Assembly (NCBI GenBank): GCA_964454905.1
Contig: CAYVTR010000007.1
Location: 369 to 64,368 of the forward strand
Direction of reading: 5' to 3'
DNA: 64,000 nt
Source: an uncultured Woeseia sp.
GTDB taxonomy: Bacteria > Pseudomonadota > Gammaproteobacteria > Steroidobacterales > UBA11654
A program made the position numbers and the translations under genes. Under the pieces are notes generated by a model. The model did not search any database, had not been told where the DNA came from, and saw nothing but the letters and a program-made list of their open reading frames with translations. The stretch's first letter is position 1; the number at the start of each line of letters is the position of its first letter. Of this stretch, positions 1 to 8,650 are shown piece by piece.

Positions 1-416
1 TTTACAACTGACTGGGCGAATTCGTTTTGGACCATGGTAAAAAAAATAATGGCATAACCAATAACAAAAATAGCCAGACCTAAATATTTAGCTATAGGTG
101 TTGGTGTTTCGAAGATATTCAGATAGAAAACATCGACAGTTATAACATTCAGAGCTAATGCTATGGCTATAATAATGATTGAAGTTGCAAGTTTATCTTT
201 TTTTGGTTGCCGCTTAAAATTAGACTCTAATCTGGCTTCCATGCTGGCAGGGTAATACGCACAAATCCAAAATGATGTTATGACATTGATTAGGAAATAA
301 AATCCTGACCAGAAGATGGCATCGAACCAATACCAGGTTGGTGCAGGTAACAAGAGAAACAGTGCTAATAGTGAAACTTGAAAAACAATCCCTATAAAGG
401 TTTTTATATAGAGCAT
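1..416 (-). CDS. membrane protein, N-terminal part (gene runs off the left edge)
   Basis: ATG at 414-416 on the minus strand. Hand translation starts MLYIKTFIGIVFQVSLLALFLLLPAPTWYW and reads ...VIGYAIIFFTMVQNEFAQSVV at the edge with no stop. It has several helix-length hydrophobic stretches. It is absent from the ORF track because it is open-ended. Family not identified. Confidence 0.45.
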   Translation of the reverse strand, partial: MLYIKTFIGIVFQVSLLALFLLLPAPTWYWFDAIFWSGFYFLINVITSFWICAYYPASMEARLESNFKRQPKKDKLATSIIIIAIALALNVITVDVFYLNIFETPTPIAKYLGLAIFVIGYAIIFFTMVQNEFAQSVV

Positions 417-426
417 TGCGAATACA

Positions 427-951
427 TTATTCTTTTATATTGGCATCGATCAAAACCGCTATAAATAAAGCAGGTTCCGAACCATTATTAATCCACGCGT
501 GGTTGGTTCCGCGTTGCACAACCACATCAAAAGATTGTAATTTAACCTCATCATCATCTAAGAGCAGAGTGACATCACCCTCCAATAGAATGATGTAATC
601 AATTGTTTTTGTTTTGTGCATTGTGGGATGTCTGGTTGTGTCAACTCTTTCATGTTCAGCTCCTATGCTTTGAAATGCTTGCGCTGCAAGTTCCTCAAGC
701 ATCTCAGCAGGGATGCCTTCCGGCGTTGGATTAATTCTGAAGTATCTAAATTTCGACCCTCCAGGAGTGGGGGAAAGCACAATATCTATATCAGCCCTAT
801 CGATCGAATCAGTACTATCAACAGAGCTGTCATCAGTGTTCCAAATTTCAAATAAACCTCCAACGTCTTCACCAACTGATCTAGCTGGTCCTCCATCAAT
901 CTTTACAACTGATTTTCCCTCACTGTTATGTCCCGTGATTATTCTCCGCAT
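427..951 (-). CDS. cupin domain-containing protein
   Basis: 174-aa ORF. The C-terminal part (DYIILLEGDVTLLLDD...VVVQRGTNHAWINNGSEPA) looks like a cupin beta-barrel. Confidence 0.6.
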   Translation of the reverse strand: MRRIITGHNSEGKSVVKIDGGPARSVGEDVGGLFEIWNTDDSSVDSTDSIDRADIDIVLSPTPGGSKFRYFRINPTPEGIPAEMLEELAAQAFQSIGAEHERVDTTRHPTMHKTKTIDYIILLEGDVTLLLDDDEVKLQSFDVVVQRGTNHAWINNGSEPALFIAVLIDANIKE

Positions 952-972
952 GACTCACTCCATTAAACTGAT

Positions 973-1329
973 TTATTTTCCTTGGTAGATGCACCCACTT
1001 GTACAGGTTTCTTGTACCTCTACTTTTGATAATTCTGGAAAATCAGAGACTATCCGATTCCATACCCAGATAGCTAAATTTTCGCTTGTTGGATTATTAA
1101 GTCCCTCAATCTCATTTAAATGTGAATGATCTAATATTTTTCTGCTGGCTTCAAAAGCTTTAGCGATGTCTGCATAATCTATAATCCAGCCACTTTCCTC
1201 ATTAGGCATGCCTTCCACATAGAGTCTTATTTTAAATGAATGCCCATGTAATCTTGCACACTTATGTCCCTCGGGCACATTGGGTAATGAATGTGCTGCC
1301 TCTATCGAAAATTCTTTATATATTTCCAT
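973..1329 (-). CDS. queD: 6-carboxy-5,6,7,8-tetrahydropterin synthase (QueD / PTPS family)
   Basis: MEIYKEFSIEAAHSLPNVPEGHKCARLHGHSF carries the His/Cys motifs typical of QueD. I placed the start at the ATG at 1327-1329. The track ORF start at 1386 would run through the tRNA gene. Confidence 0.85.
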   Translation of the reverse strand: MEIYKEFSIEAAHSLPNVPEGHKCARLHGHSFKIRLYVEGMPNEESGWIIDYADIAKAFEASRKILDHSHLNEIEGLNNPTSENLAIWVWNRIVSDFPELSKVEVQETCTSGCIYQGK

Positions 1330-1337
1330 AATAACCT

Positions 1338-1414
1338 TGGCGCGCCCGGAGAGATTCGAACTCCCGACCTTGTGGTTCGTAGCCACACGCTCTATCCAGC
1401 TGAGCTACGGGCGC
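1338..1414 (-). tRNA. tRNA-Arg (anticodon ACG), CCA encoded
   Basis: The reverse complement reads GCGCCCGTAGCTCAGCTGGATAGAGCGTGTGGCTACGAACCACAAGGTCGGGAGTTCGAATCTCTCCGGGCGCGCCA. It has the D-loop AGCTCAGCTGGATAGAGC, the anticodon loop CT-ACG-AA and the T-arm GGTTCGAATCC-like GAGTTCGAATCTC. Confidence 0.95.
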
Positions 1415-1451
1415 TTTTAATCTATTATAATTTAAACAATTGAAACAAATA

Positions 1452-2231
1452 TCAGAAATTATCTTTGCGTTTTCGAATTTCAGCAAAAACCTCAATGTCT
1501 GATGATTCATTCATATTCAGAAATGTTTTTATTTGTTCTTGATTGGCTCTGAGAAAAGGGTTGGTTGATTTCTCTAACTCAACAGTGGTGGGAACAGTAG
1601 GAGTGTTTTCTAGGCGAAGATCATCAACTAAAGTTTTTCGATCTATCAATGCATTATTTTCTGGATCAATGCTGATCGCAAAATTTGCATTTGCTTGAGT
1701 ATACTCATGTGCACAATAGAGTTTTGTGTTATCTGGCCACTGTTTAATTATGTTAAGTGAAGACCACATTTGTTTTGGCGTGCCTTCAAATAATCTGCCA
1801 CAACCCATAGCAAATAGTGTGTCACCGACAAAGGCTAAAGATTGGTCCTCAAAATGATAAATCATATGGCCTAATGTATGGCCCGGAGTATGGAATGCTT
1901 TAACTTTATGTTCTCCAAATTGAAAAATCTCTTCATGTTGAATGCATTGGTCAATGCCAGGAATTCTTGATTGATCAACTGCGGGACCGATAATTGAACA
2001 ACCGGTTTTATTCTTGAGTTTAAGATTCCCACCGGCATGATCATAGTGATGATGGGTGTTGATAATGTGTGTTAAAGACCAGTTATTTTCATTTAGTGCC
2101 TTTTCTATAGCTGTTACTTCTGGTGTGTCAATAGTGGCTGTTAAATTATTGGTATGATCATGAATCAAGAAACCATAGTTGTCACTTAAACAAGGAAACA
2201 TGTGAACTTCTAATCGGCTAGTTTGATTCAT
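1452..2231 (-). CDS. gloB: hydroxyacylglutathione hydrolase (glyoxalase II)
   Basis: FPCLSDNYGFLIHD at the N-terminus, the metal motif THHHYDHAGGN, and HTPGHTLGH. The 259-aa length is typical for GloB. Confidence 0.9.
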   Translation of the reverse strand: MNQTSRLEVHMFPCLSDNYGFLIHDHTNNLTATIDTPEVTAIEKALNENNWSLTHIINTHHHYDHAGGNLKLKNKTGCSIIGPAVDQSRIPGIDQCIQHEEIFQFGEHKVKAFHTPGHTLGHMIYHFEDQSLAFVGDTLFAMGCGRLFEGTPKQMWSSLNIIKQWPDNTKLYCAHEYTQANANFAISIDPENNALIDRKTLVDDLRLENTPTVPTTVELEKSTNPFLRANQEQIKTFLNMNESSDIEVFAEIRKRKDNF

Positions 2232-2242
2232 CGCTGATAAAT

Positions 2243-2767
2243 CTATTCTTTAAGTCTGGGCATTAATTCCACAAGGTTACAGGGCTGTGTTCGATGATCT
2301 AGTTGTTCCTTAATAAGAAAATTCCATCCGTCTTTACATGCACCCGGTGATCCTGGCAAGCAAAAAATAAATGTTCCGTTTGCCACTCCTGCGAAAGCTC
2401 TGGATTGCAAGGTAGAGGTTTTGATGTTTTGATAGGATAAGCTTCTAAACATCTCACCAAATCCATCAATAGTTTTATCTAATAGCGGTTGGATTGCTTC
2501 CGGAGTGCCGTCTGTGCCGGTAATACCTGTTCCGCCTGTAGTGATCACTGCTTGCACAGAATTGCTTAGAATCCACTCAGATAAAATACTTCTAATTTGA
2601 TACCGATTGTCTTTACAAATATTACGCTCTTTTAATTTATGACCAAAAGATTGCAATTGATCTACTAGAAGATCACCTGATTCATCATCTTTTAATGTCC
2701 TTCGATCCGAAATTGTCAGAACCGCAATGTTTACAGGAATAAATTCTTTTTTTTTGTAATCAGTCAT
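2243..2767 (-). CDS. moaB: molybdenum cofactor biosynthesis protein B (MoaB/MogA family)
   Basis: VLTISDRR...TTGGTGITGTDGTPEA motif. 174 aa. Confidence 0.8.
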   Translation of the reverse strand: MTDYKKKEFIPVNIAVLTISDRRTLKDDESGDLLVDQLQSFGHKLKERNICKDNRYQIRSILSEWILSNSVQAVITTGGTGITGTDGTPEAIQPLLDKTIDGFGEMFRSLSYQNIKTSTLQSRAFAGVANGTFIFCLPGSPGACKDGWNFLIKEQLDHRTQPCNLVELMPRLKE

Positions 2768-2827
2768 CTTCTCTATTACGTTTAATCTTATTTTATTTTA
2801 GTTTCTTAGTGTTATCCATTTATTGCA

Positions 2828-3382
2828 CTAGAAACTTGGCGGAGTACATGCTGAAACCAGAACACAATCAGTGGCACCTGGGTTTTTAAAACGATGCGGA
2901 ACACTGCTATTGAATAAATAAGCATCTCCAGTGCTTAAATAGTAAATTTGATCACCTACCGTGAGTTCTAGACGCCCTTCAAGGATTAAACCGCTTTCTT
3001 CTGATTCATGTGTCAGCATGTTTTTACCTGTATCTGCTCCTGGTTTGTATCGTTCAAGAATCATTTGCGGTTGATTGTTCTTTAGATTCTGTCCAATTTG
3101 TAAATAGGAAATAGGGCCACTACCGATTTCAGTAAGTTCATTTTTTCTATAGACTACTTTGTTAGCTAATTTAATTTCCATAGCAAAGAAATCGCTGATC
3201 GAAATAGGCACTGAATCCAGTATCTTTTTTAACATCCCTAATGACGGGTTAGTTTGATTGCTTTCAATGAGCGAAATGGTGGCATTACTTACTTTTGATT
3301 TGATGGCTAACTGCCGCTGAGAGATTTGCCTCTCATGTCTTAGTTTCTTGAGTCTGGTGCCAATGTCTATGTCTTCATTCAT
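2828..3382 (-). CDS. XRE-family HTH transcriptional regulator with C-terminal cupin sensor domain (PuuR-like architecture)
   Basis: N-terminal HTH (GTRLKKLRHERQISQRQLAIKSKVSNATISLIESNQ) and a C-terminal cupin (GLILEGRLELTVGDQIYYLSTGDAYLFNSSVPHRFKNPG). It lies divergent from the aminotransferase operon. Confidence 0.8.
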   Translation of the reverse strand: MNEDIDIGTRLKKLRHERQISQRQLAIKSKVSNATISLIESNQTNPSLGMLKKILDSVPISISDFFAMEIKLANKVVYRKNELTEIGSGPISYLQIGQNLKNNQPQMILERYKPGADTGKNMLTHESEESGLILEGRLELTVGDQIYYLSTGDAYLFNSSVPHRFKNPGATDCVLVSACTPPSF

Positions 3383-3433
3383 GCTGTTAAAACGTTAAAT
3401 ATATTAAACAAAAAATATTAAAACCTATTAAAA

Positions 3434-3481
3434 ACAATAATTTATAAAAAATCAATTTAAATATTGTTAAATTTATAAAAA
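3434..3481. promoter_or_regulatory. candidate operator/promoter repeats in the divergent regulator-aminotransferase intergenic region
   Basis: The 12-nt direct repeat AATTTATAAAAA occurs at 3439-3450 and 3470-3481, 31 bp apart. The inverted hexamers ACAATA (3434-3439) and TATTGT (3462-3467) are also present. The region is extremely AT-rich, so chance occurrence is possible. Confidence 0.3.
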
Positions 3482-3523
3482 CTCATTAAGGTGGGGTTAT
3501 AACAATTAATAAGGACTAGAATT

Positions 3524-4840
3524 ATGAGCAATGCACTCCCTAATCTTGAGGCTTATTGGATGCCTTACACTGGCAATCGATATTTTAAGAAAAACCCTAG
3601 AATGTTTAAAGAAGCTAAAGGCATGTTCTATACCACAAACACGGATCAACAAGTCCTTGATGGAGCTTCAGGTTTGTGGTGTTGTAATGCGGGTCATTGT
3701 CATCCAAAAATTGTAGAAGCGGTACAAAAGCAAGCTGAAACACTTGATTATGCAACTGCTTTTCAATTGGGCCATCCAACGATTTTTGAAATGGCTGATA
3801 AACTGGTCAATATGGCACCGGATGGCATTACCCATGTGTTTTTTTCTAATTCAGGTTCTGAAGCTGTTGATACCGCACTCAAAATGGCGCTAGCGTACCA
3901 TCGAGCAAGAGGAGAAGGCCATCGGACCCGATTAATTGGCAGAGAGAAGGGTTATCATGGCGTTGGTTTTGGCGGCATATCAGTAGGAGGCATGTCCCCT
4001 AATCGGAAAATGTTTGGTGCCTTACTGCCAGCAGTTGATCATCTTAAACACACCCATAATCTTGAACACAATGCATTTTCTGTCGGGCAACCTAAATGGG
4101 GAGGGCATTTAGCAGATGAATTGTCAGACATATTAGCTTTGCATGATCCATCCACGGTTGCTGCTGTAATCCTTGAACCAATTGCTGGCTCAGGTGGAGT
4201 ATTAATCCCTCCTGTGGGTTACTTAGAGCGGATACGACAGATTTGTGATGAGCATGGCATCCTCTTGATTATGGATGAAGTGATTACTGGATTTGGTAGA
4301 ACAGGTAAAAGCTTCGCAGCAGAGGCCTTTGATGTGTCTCCAGATATCATGACCATTGCTAAAGGTATGACTTGTGGAATGGTCCCGATGGGTGGAGTTA
4401 TGGTGAAGGAAGAAATTTATGAAACCTTTATGACCGGCCCTGAAGACAGCATAGAGTTTTATCATGGTTATACATATTCAGGACATCCTTTGGCCGCTGC
4501 TGCCGGTCTTGCCACATTAAATGTCTATGAGGAAGAAGGTTTATTTCAAAGAGCCAGCGAATTGGCACCGATTCTTGAAGAGGAATTACAAACTGTTAAA
4601 GGATCAAATTATGTCATTGATATCAGAAATTATGGGTTATTGGGAGCGATTGAACTTGAGCCTATTGAAGGTCAACCGACCGCTAGAGCATTACAAGTTT
4701 TTAGAGAATGTTTTTCGAGAGGGGTCTTGGTAAGAACAACAGGGGACACAATTGCTTTGTGTCCACCTTACATTGCCACAGAAGATCAGGTTAGAACTGT
4801 CGTACAAACAGTCAAAGAATCACTTACTGCAATCGGTTAG
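3524..4840 (+). CDS. class III aminotransferase, omega-amino acid (beta-alanine)--pyruvate transaminase-like
   Basis: The N-terminus WMPYTGNRYFKKNPRMF...GLWCCNAGH and the blocks SNSGSEAVDTALK, IMDEVITGFGRTG and MTIAKG (PLP Lys region) fit the class. Substrate is inferred from the adjacent mmsA and ald. Confidence 0.8.
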   Translation: MSNALPNLEAYWMPYTGNRYFKKNPRMFKEAKGMFYTTNTDQQVLDGASGLWCCNAGHCHPKIVEAVQKQAETLDYATAFQLGHPTIFEMADKLVNMAPDGITHVFFSNSGSEAVDTALKMALAYHRARGEGHRTRLIGREKGYHGVGFGGISVGGMSPNRKMFGALLPAVDHLKHTHNLEHNAFSVGQPKWGGHLADELSDILALHDPSTVAAVILEPIAGSGGVLIPPVGYLERIRQICDEHGILLIMDEVITGFGRTGKSFAAEAFDVSPDIMTIAKGMTCGMVPMGGVMVKEEIYETFMTGPEDSIEFYHGYTYSGHPLAAAAGLATLNVYEEEGLFQRASELAPILEEELQTVKGSNYVIDIRNYGLLGAIELEPIEGQPTARALQVFRECFSRGVLVRTTGDTIALCPPYIATEDQVRTVVQTVKESLTAIG

Positions 4841-4848
4841 AGAAGACC

Positions 4849-6351
4849 ATGGAACAGAAAGTTATTGAACATTGGATTAATGGCGTACATCAGCCCTCAT
4901 CGTCTAATCGGTATGGCGATATTTACAATCCAGCAACAGGTCAAGTTATTGCAACACTACCCATGGGTAACAGCGATGATTTAGACAAAGCCGTGAAGGC
5001 AGCAGAGCTTGCTTTTAAGTCTTGGTCCAAGACTTCAATAACCAGAAGATCTCAGGTTTTGTTTAAGTACAAAGAATTACTAGAATCGAATCGAGAGGAA
5101 TTGACTCGTTTGATCACTTTAGAGCATGGGAAAGTTCTCTCGGATGCAGCAGGATCTCTCCAAAGGGGGATCGAGGTTGTGGACTTTGCTTGTGGCATTC
5201 CGCATCTTTTGAAGGGTGAATTTAGTGAGCAGGTTGGAACCGGTATTGATTGTTATTCAACAAGACAGCCAATAGGTGTTTGCTCTGGTGTGACGCCCTT
5301 TAATTTTCCTGCAATGGTCCCTATGTGGATGTTTCCTATTGCTATTGTGTGTGGAAACACTTTCATTCTTAAGCCTTCAGAAAAAGACCCTTCATGCGCC
5401 ATGAAATTAGCTGAATTAATGCATGAGGCTGGTCTTCCAGAAGGAGTCATGAACGTGGTGCATGGCGATAAAGAAATGGTGGATGCAATTCTAGATCACC
5501 CCACTATTAAAACATTCAGTTTTGTTGGATCAACACCAGTTGCTCAAGCAGTTCATAGCAAAGCTTCAGCCAATGGAAAACGAGTTCAAGCATTGGGAGG
5601 CGCGAAAAATCATGCCATTATTTTAGCGGATGCTGATATTGAGCAAGCAGCCAATGCAATTATTGGTGCAGCCTACGGTTCAGCAGGAGAGAGATGTATG
5701 GCTATCTCAGTTGTAGTAGCGGTTGATAGTATTGCAGATGAGATGAATAAACATCTTTTAGAGAAGGCAAGCCAGCTTCAAATTGGGCCCGGAGATGATC
5801 CTCATAATGAGATGGGCCCATTAATAACTGCAGAGCATAAAAGTAAAGTGATCGACTACATAGATCAAGGTGTGCAATCAGGGGCAACCCTCTTGCTTGA
5901 TGGAAGACAACACCCTATGACTACGAATAGCGAAGGATTTTTCCTAGGGCCAACACTCTTTGATCATGTGCAAAAAAACATGAGTATTTATCTTAATGAA
6001 ATTTTTGGTCCTGTTTTGGTTATGCTCAGAGTACAGAATTTCTCGGAAGCAATTGAGCTAGCTAATCAACATCAGTTTGGCAATGGTGTTGCTTTATTTA
6101 CGACTAAGGGGTCTGCAGCAAGAGAATTTGTTAATTCTGTTCAGGTGGGAATGGTTGGAATCAATGTGGCGATTCCAGTACCATTATCATTTTACACGTT
6201 CGGGGGTTGGAAGGATTCCATTTATGGGTCATCAAATATCTACGGTATGGACGGCGTTCGGTTTTATACAAGAACCAAGACCGTCACAACCAGATGGCCT
6301 GAGATTGATGAGGATGAGGACTTAAATCTCTCCATGCCAACTGTTAAATAA
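4849..6351 (+). CDS. mmsA: CoA-acylating methylmalonate/malonate-semialdehyde dehydrogenase
   Basis: 500-aa aldehyde dehydrogenase with FNFPAMVPMWMFP, LKPSEKDP and the catalytic Cys context GSAGERCMA. The N-terminus HWINGV...IYNPATG is typical of MmsA. Confidence 0.85.
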   Translation: MEQKVIEHWINGVHQPSSSNRYGDIYNPATGQVIATLPMGNSDDLDKAVKAAELAFKSWSKTSITRRSQVLFKYKELLESNREELTRLITLEHGKVLSDAAGSLQRGIEVVDFACGIPHLLKGEFSEQVGTGIDCYSTRQPIGVCSGVTPFNFPAMVPMWMFPIAIVCGNTFILKPSEKDPSCAMKLAELMHEAGLPEGVMNVVHGDKEMVDAILDHPTIKTFSFVGSTPVAQAVHSKASANGKRVQALGGAKNHAIILADADIEQAANAIIGAAYGSAGERCMAISVVVAVDSIADEMNKHLLEKASQLQIGPGDDPHNEMGPLITAEHKSKVIDYIDQGVQSGATLLLDGRQHPMTTNSEGFFLGPTLFDHVQKNMSIYLNEIFGPVLVMLRVQNFSEAIELANQHQFGNGVALFTTKGSAAREFVNSVQVGMVGINVAIPVPLSFYTFGGWKDSIYGSSNIYGMDGVRFYTRTKTVTTRWPEIDEDEDLNLSMPTVK

Positions 6352-6363
6352 GAGGGGAAATAC

Positions 6364-7497
6364 ATGCTCATAGGTGTACCTAAGGAAATTAAACCTGATG
6401 AATATAGAGTCGGCTTAACACCTGAAAGTGTCCAAGCATTAACTGCAGCTAATCATGAGGTAATGGTTCTAAGCAATGCCGGTCTTGGCATCGGTAAAAC
6501 AGACGAAGAGTTTAAGCAATCTGGAGCAGTGATTGTCAAAACCCGAGAGGAAATTTTTGATCAAGCAGAGATGATTGTTAAGGTGAAAGAACCTCAATTA
6601 GAGGAATGCGCCTTACTTAAGGAAAACCAAATTTTATTTACTTATTTGCATTTAGCTCCTGATCCTGATCAAGCTAAGGCTCTCATTAATTCTGGAGCCA
6701 GTGCTATTGCCTATGAATCAGTAAAAGCAGACGATGACAGTTACCCATTACTTACTCCAATGAGTGAGGTTGCAGGAAGAATGGCAGTCCAGGCGGGCGC
6801 GAGCTGCTTGGAAAAAGCAAAGGGAGGCAAAGGACTTCTGATAGGTGGGGTAACCGGTGTTGATGCTGCTAATGTTGTCATTATTGGTGGCGGTGTTGTG
6901 GGTATTAATTCGATTGAGGTGGCCATTGGCATGCAAGCAAATGTCACTGTTCTTGATAAATCTGCAACTAGACTTGATTATTTGGAATCAATTTTTGGTG
7001 ACAAGTTAAATGCAGTGATTGCCAACTCTGAAAATAATAAAGACTATATCCAAGCGGCTGACCTAGTAATAGGAGCTGTATTGGTTCCTGGGGCATCTGC
7101 ACCTAAGATAATTACTAGAGATTTAGTCAAATTGATGAAGCCTGGCTCTGTTATTGTTGATGTAGCAATAGATCAAGGCGGTTGTTCCGAGACCAGTCAT
7201 GCAACCACGCATTCAGATCCAACGTATGTTGAAGAGGATGTATTGCATTATTGCGTGGCGAATATGCCTGGTGCTGTACCCCTTACTTCTACCTATGCCT
7301 TGAACCAAGCCACCATGCCTTATGTAATGAGCCTTGCTAATAATGGATTTTGCCAAGCCCTATTAAATGATAAAGGACTCTGTGAAGGCTTAAATATTTG
7401 TAACGGAAAAGTCACTATTGAAGCAGTGGCAAAAGAGCAAGGTTATGAATATATTGCACCCATGGAGATGCTAAATATGATCTCTTCCGATCAATGA
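6364..7497 (+). CDS. ald: alanine dehydrogenase
   Basis: MLIGVPKEIKPDEYRVGLTP, the NAD fold VVIIGGGVVG, and HYCVANMPGAVP. Confidence 0.9.
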   Translation: MLIGVPKEIKPDEYRVGLTPESVQALTAANHEVMVLSNAGLGIGKTDEEFKQSGAVIVKTREEIFDQAEMIVKVKEPQLEECALLKENQILFTYLHLAPDPDQAKALINSGASAIAYESVKADDDSYPLLTPMSEVAGRMAVQAGASCLEKAKGGKGLLIGGVTGVDAANVVIIGGGVVGINSIEVAIGMQANVTVLDKSATRLDYLESIFGDKLNAVIANSENNKDYIQAADLVIGAVLVPGASAPKIITRDLVKLMKPGSVIVDVAIDQGGCSETSHATTHSDPTYVEEDVLHYCVANMPGAVPLTSTYALNQATMPYVMSLANNGFCQALLNDKGLCEGLNICNGKVTIEAVAKEQGYEYIAPMEMLNMISSDQ

Positions 7498-8528
7498 CAA
7501 ATCTTTCTCATATGCCTCCCATTAGAGATCAATTAGGCAGAGCGTTGCGAGATCTTAGAATCTCTGTTATGGATCGTTGTAATTTTAGATGCGTTTATTG
7601 TATGCCCGAAGACAAGTTTCATCCAGGGATTAAATTCCTACCGTCTAAAGAAAGATTGAGTTTTGATGAAATGCTTAGACTGGTAAGAATTTTTACTAAC
7701 CTGGGTGTCAGTAAAATAAGAATCACAGGAGGTGAGCCTTTACTCAGGGTCAGCCTAACTGATTTTATAGGAGATCTCTCCACTATTGATAAAATTAAGG
7801 ACATTGCTCTTACCACCAATGGAGTGTTACTGAAGAAGTATGCTTATGAGTTAAGAGCCTCTGGTATTGATCGTATAACAGTCAGTCTGGATTCTATTGA
7901 TCCTCATGAATTCAAACTAATGACAGGAGGCAGAGGTGATCTGGATCGAGTGTTAAGTGGTATAGATGAAGCTCAACGAGCAGGCTTTAAGGACATTAAA
8001 ATTAATGCAGTTATCAAAAAGGGAATCAATGAAAACAATATTCTAAAAATGGTTGAGTATTTTCGAGATCAACCAGTGATTCTTAGATTTATTGAATACA
8101 TGGATGTGGGTAATATTAATGACTGGCAGCAACAAGAAACGATTCCCAACTCAGAAATTATAGAATTGATATCAAATAAATGGTCCCTTAGTCCAATTAA
8201 GCAGAATTATGAAGGTGAGGTGGCTTCTCGTTTTATCTTTGATGATATTGGAACTGAGATTGGTTTTATTTCTTCCATGACTAATCCTTTTTGTGGTTCA
8301 TGCACCAGAGCAAGACTGTCATCAGATGGTAAGTTATACAATTGTTTATTTGCTTCAAAAGGTATGGATATTAAGTCATTGATAAGATCAGAAATAGACG
8401 ATAATACAATAGAAGAAAAGATAATCTCAATTTGGCAATCAAGAGATGACCGATATAGCGAGCTAAGATATCTTAATCAAAACAATAAGGAAAAAGAGAA
8501 AGTAGAAATGCATTACATAGGAGGTTAA
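7494..8528 (+). CDS. moaA: GTP 3',8-cyclase (radical SAM)
   Basis: The radical-SAM motif CNFRCVYCMP, RITGGEPLL, and the C-terminal cluster motif CGSCTRARLSSDGKLYNCLF. Its start overlaps the ald stop (ATGA). Confidence 0.9.
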   Translation: MTNLSHMPPIRDQLGRALRDLRISVMDRCNFRCVYCMPEDKFHPGIKFLPSKERLSFDEMLRLVRIFTNLGVSKIRITGGEPLLRVSLTDFIGDLSTIDKIKDIALTTNGVLLKKYAYELRASGIDRITVSLDSIDPHEFKLMTGGRGDLDRVLSGIDEAQRAGFKDIKINAVIKKGINENNILKMVEYFRDQPVILRFIEYMDVGNINDWQQQETIPNSEIIELISNKWSLSPIKQNYEGEVASRFIFDDIGTEIGFISSMTNPFCGSCTRARLSSDGKLYNCLFASKGMDIKSLIRSEIDDNTIEEKIISIWQSRDDRYSELRYLNQNNKEKEKVEMHYIGG

Positions 8529-8650
8529 ATTAGTATGAAACGATTGATGAAAGGAAAATTGCGATGAACGACTTAATGATGGAAACACCCCTTCTCATTA
8601 CTTCATTAATGTTCCCTGGAATCGATTCTTAACATTAGGACTTTTAATCT

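Noticed and set aside
1316-1510. 64-aa ORF covering the tRNA-Arg gene, and the GTG-extended queD ORF (973-1386)
   Set aside because: Both run through a canonical tRNA. The real queD start is the ATG at 1329, and the 64-aa ORF is an artefact.
8529-8650. Possible Moco riboswitch or leader peptides between moaA and fdhD (mini-ORFs MKRLMKGKLR and MNDLMMETPLLITSLMFPGIDS)
   Set aside because: I could not recognise the conserved Moco-riboswitch core or a convincing stem-loop. The mini-ORFs lack SD sequences. There is not enough support to call a feature.
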